Shown here: positions 60,530 to 64,000 of the stretch, piece after piece
How positions within the stretch are numbered: position 1 is the first letter of the stretch
Layout of the letters: every line of letters starts with the position of its first letter
Program-made: the position numbers and the translations under genes
The notes under the pieces: generated by a model
The model's database searches: none
What the model was told of the DNA's origin: nothing
Seen by the model: the letters and a program-made list of their open reading frames with translations, nothing else
Origin: Malacoraja senta
Taxonomy: Eukaryota
Reading direction: 5' to 3'
DNA length: 64,000 nucleotides
NCBI GenBank assembly: GCA_038087875.1
Contig: JAXLNO010000709.1
Coordinates: forward strand, 62,001 to 126,000

Positions 60530-61530
60530 CCCGATGGGGTCAGCCCTGGTGTGCCAGCCAGGTGTGCGGAGTACTCTAGCATATCTTCAACCTGAGCCTG
60601 AGTCTGGAGAGGGTTCCTGTGATGTGGAAAACATCCTGCCTGGATACTGTACCAAAGAGGAAGCATCCTAGCTCCTCCAATGACTATAGACTGGTGACGT
60701 TGACTTCACACATCATGAATTCCCTGGAGAGATTGGTGCTCACTCACCTGCGACCCCTGGTTAAACCCTACCTGGACCCCCTGCAGTTCGCTTACCAAAC
60801 AAAGATAGGGGTTGAGGACGCCATCATCCACCTTCCCCATGTGCTCTCCTGGATAAGCCGGGAAGCACGGTGCGAGTCATGTTTTTTTACTTCTCCAGTG
60901 CTTTGAGTGGTGTGGGCTGAATAACCTGCAGCTCAACACTGACAAGACTAAGGAGTTGGTGGTGAACCACAGGAGGAGAGGAACACCCCTGTCCCCTGTC
61001 TCTATCAAGGGTGTGGATGTGCAGTTTACCAAGGAGTACAAATACCTTGGAAAGTAAACTGGACTGGTTTAGGAATGCCGAGGCCCTGTACAAGAAGGGA
61101 CAGAGCCGGGTGTACATTTTGAGGAGGCTCCGCTCCTTCAACGTCTGCAGTGAGATGCTGCAGATTGGAAGCATCACAGAAGGTGGTCTTGGAGGCGAGG
61201 ATCCTCATCAAACTGCGGCGCATCTTGGACAATACAGTTCACCCCCTCCATGACACACTGGTCAACCTGAGGAGTACCTTCAGCATCAGAGTGGTTCCAC
61301 CAAGATGCAGTACAGAATGCCACAGGAGATCTTTCTTCCATGTGGCTATCATAGTGTATAATTCCTCCCCCTTCTGTTGTGGGGTAGACTGACCCCCTCC
61401 CCTCCCCAAATCTTTGTACATTCCCTATCCTTTCCACTTGTCACTTTAATGTCATGTATCTTGTGTTTTAAGACTGTCGGCAGATCAATTTCTCTTCTGG
61501 GATAAATTATGTTCCATCGTATCATATCGT
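60530..61530 (+). mobile_element. Rex1/Babar LINE, internally deleted RT and C-terminus
   Basis: ORF 60619-60906 (NDYRLVTLTSHIMNSLERLV...LDPLQFAYQ...GVEDAI) and downstream fragments 61011-61392. Confidence 0.88.
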
Positions 61531-62231
61531 GTAAACCAGCATATGCAGTTCCTTCCTACCAATTATTATCCAACCAATTTTTCCATTTATTGCTCTGCAA
61601 TATTCCTGTTTTGAATGCTGTCCTGTTGAAAGTACATCCTCAAAGTTAATTGATTTTACATTGACTGTTCAAAGGGCACTGTGCAAAGAACAAGGAATTA
61701 AATCGCAGTTTGGCATTATAGCAAGTCTATTAATCATGATTTTTTTTCAAACTTTGTGATCAACTGAATCAAAGACTTATCATTTGAATGATCGATTAAA
61801 AAATATATATTTTCTGACTTGACCTCAAAAGTCTGACAGAAGTATGTGAAATAAAAGTAAAAGATGAAGGCTCCCCCCAACCTGAAACGTTATCTGTCCA
61901 TTTCCCTCCAAAGATGCTGCCTGACCCACTGAGCTCATCCAGCAGTATGTTTTTTACTCAAGATTCCCGCAACTGCAGTCTCTTGCTTCTTCCAAGTAAA
62001 TCAAATTTTAGTGTTAGAGGTATGTAGTTTAAAAAATGACAATGCTTTTTCCATTCTTTTAATTATTGTTTAGTGTGATACATTCAACACAGCAAGGCCA
62101 GCTTCCGGAAACTTGATAATTGGTAGGTACATGCTAGAACTGAATGTTTACATATATCAACTGTTATTTCCACTCTCACTGGTGGAAGTGCCCTAATTAA
62201 AACATTAACAAGTTAGGCTTGCCATCTGAAG

Positions 62232-63115
62232 AGCAGTAGAGTTGCTGCCTTACAGCGCTTGCAGTGCCAGGGACCCAGGTTCGATCCCGACTACAGGTGC
62301 TGTCTGTACGGAATTTGTATGTTCTCCCCCTGACTGCGTGGGTTTTCTCCGAGTTCTTCGGTTTCCTCCCATAATCCAAAGACGTACAGGTTTGTAGGTT
62401 AATCGGCTTGGTACAAATGTAAATTGTCCCTAGTAAGACAATAGACAATCGGTGCAGGAGTAGGCCATTCGGCCATTCAATGTGATCATGGCTGATCATC
62501 CACAATCAGTACTCCGTTCCTGCCTTCTCCCCATATCCCCTGACTCCACTATCTCTAAGAGCCCTATCTAGCTCTCTCTTGAAAGTATCCAGAGAACCGG
62601 CCTCCACTGCCCTCTGAGGCAGGGAATTCCACAGACTCACAACTCTCTGTGTGAAAAAGTGTTTCCTCATCTCTGTTCTAAATGGCTTGCCCCTTATTCT
62701 TAAACTGTTGCCCCTGGTTCTGGACTCCCCCAACATCGGGAACATGTTTCCTGCCTCTAGCGTGTCCAAACCCTTAATAATCTTATATGTTTCAATAAAA
62801 TCCCCTCTCATCCTAAATTCCAGAGTATACAAGCCCAGCCGCTCCATTCTCTCAGCATATGACAGTCCTGCCATCCCAGGAATTAACCTTGTGAACCTAC
62901 ACTGCACTACCTCAATAGCAAGAATGTCCTTCCACAAATTTGGAGACCAAAACTGCACACAATACTCCAGGAGAGGTCTCATTAGTGCCCTGTACAACTG
63001 CAGAATAACTCTTTGCTCCTATACTCAACTCCTCTTGTTATGAATAGTGTTAGTGTGCGGGGTATCGCTGGTCGGTGCAGACTCGGAGGGCCATGCTGTA
63101 TCTCTAAAACAAAAA
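62232..63115 (+). mobile_element. HE1-type SINE split by an antisense CR1 insertion
   Basis: SINE head and core at 62232-62434. The SINE tail resumes at about 63044 (atagtgttagtgtgcgggg...gctgtatctctaaaac). Confidence 0.85.
62436..63043 (-). mobile_element. CR1 LINE 3' end
   Basis: ORF 62506-62997. Near-identical to the window-start copy 1-560. Confidence 0.92.
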
Positions 63116-63499
63116 CGTAAGCTTTTTATAATAATGCTTCAGTGGGGTCATTTATTTATTTCCTGCGCATTTAGTGTAGCTTTCTCTGATCAATAAATGT
63201 TATTTTCAATTCCTTCAATTGCTTTTCAAAAGCATCTCATTCTTTTGAGGATAGTGTTTTGAGGGGAAAAATTATTTCGGTCTTGAAGTTTTGACTAATC
63301 ATATATTTTTTTAACATTTCTGTTTCTTTGATTGAGGCCCATTGCCTTGTTTGTTTCAGGGAAGTCATTAACAATGCTTCTGAGCATCTACAAATGCAAG
63401 TGTCATCTACACATTGCAAATCAATTACTGACATTTGCGAAATCATGCATCTAGAGGCGTTACCTTAAAAAGATGGAACATCTTCCCATTAATTTAATT

Positions 63500-63740
63500 T
63501 TCACCCACAGTTGTGAATCTGTGGAATTCTCTGCCACAGAAGGGAGTGGAGGCCAATTCACTGGATGTTTTCAAGAGAGTTAGATTTAGCTCTCAGGGCT
63601 AATGTAATCAAGGGATATGGGGAAAAAGCAGGAACGGGGTACTGATTTTGGAGTATCAGCCATGATCATATTGAATGGCAGTGCTGGCTCGAAGGGCCGA
63701 ATGGCCTACTCCTGCACCTCTTTTCTATATTTCTATGTTT
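63500..63740 (+). mobile_element. CR1 LINE 3' end
   Basis: gttgtgaatctgtggaattctctgcc...gggccgaatggcctactcctgcacc...ttctatgttt. Confidence 0.85.
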
Positions 63741-64000
63741 AATTCTGTAGATTAGCCCCAGTCTCGCAGAAAGCTAGTTGAAAGTTAGGTGTAAATTGCC
63801 TAAGGCAGATTGAGAAAAGTGTCAGGATAATGTAATGACAAAGCTTTGTTTGATATTGTCTTTAATTGAAGTTCATTGTCTTGTTTATTCCTCTGAAGTA
63901 CACGAGACAGTGGGCTCAGTCATAGAATATTGAACCTTGAACAATACAGCACAGCAATGTGCCCTTCCACCAACAATGTCTGTGCCAAAAATGATGTCTG

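Overview
Eukaryotic, repeat-dense, apparently non-coding (intronic or intergenic) DNA. It is very probably from an elasmobranch (skate, ray or shark), judged by several HE1-type tRNA-derived SINEs and their CR1/HER1 partner LINE. I recognise no host exon, rRNA, tRNA gene or CRISPR array. Essentially all informative ORFs are transposon fragments. Main elements: (1) a complete but decayed 5.1-kb DIRS1-type tyrosine-recombinase retrotransposon (4236-9345, minus strand; gag, RT/RNase H, Dam-like MT, YR, inverted termini plus ICR), inserted in an old Penelope-like element; (2) an internally deleted but young-looking Passport-like Tc1 (DD34E, IR/DR) transposon (15038-16295); (3) many CR1 and Rex1/Babar LINE 3' fragments, RTE and HERO fragments, and SINEs; (4) PIF/Harbinger and hAT MITEs, a 1.1-kb TIR element with a 9-bp TSD, and a miniature LTR remnant; (5) more than a dozen Penelope pseudo-LTR repeats carrying minimal hammerhead-ribozyme cores, often as inverted dyads. 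The most striking observation is in the 3' UTR of the HERO LINE fragment (46158-46235). All three hammerhead core segments (GUC, GAAA, CUGAUGA) are present with complementary helices I and III, but in a non-circularly permuted, pseudoknotted order and next to a kink-turn-like motif. Family names come from recognition by eye, not database searches.
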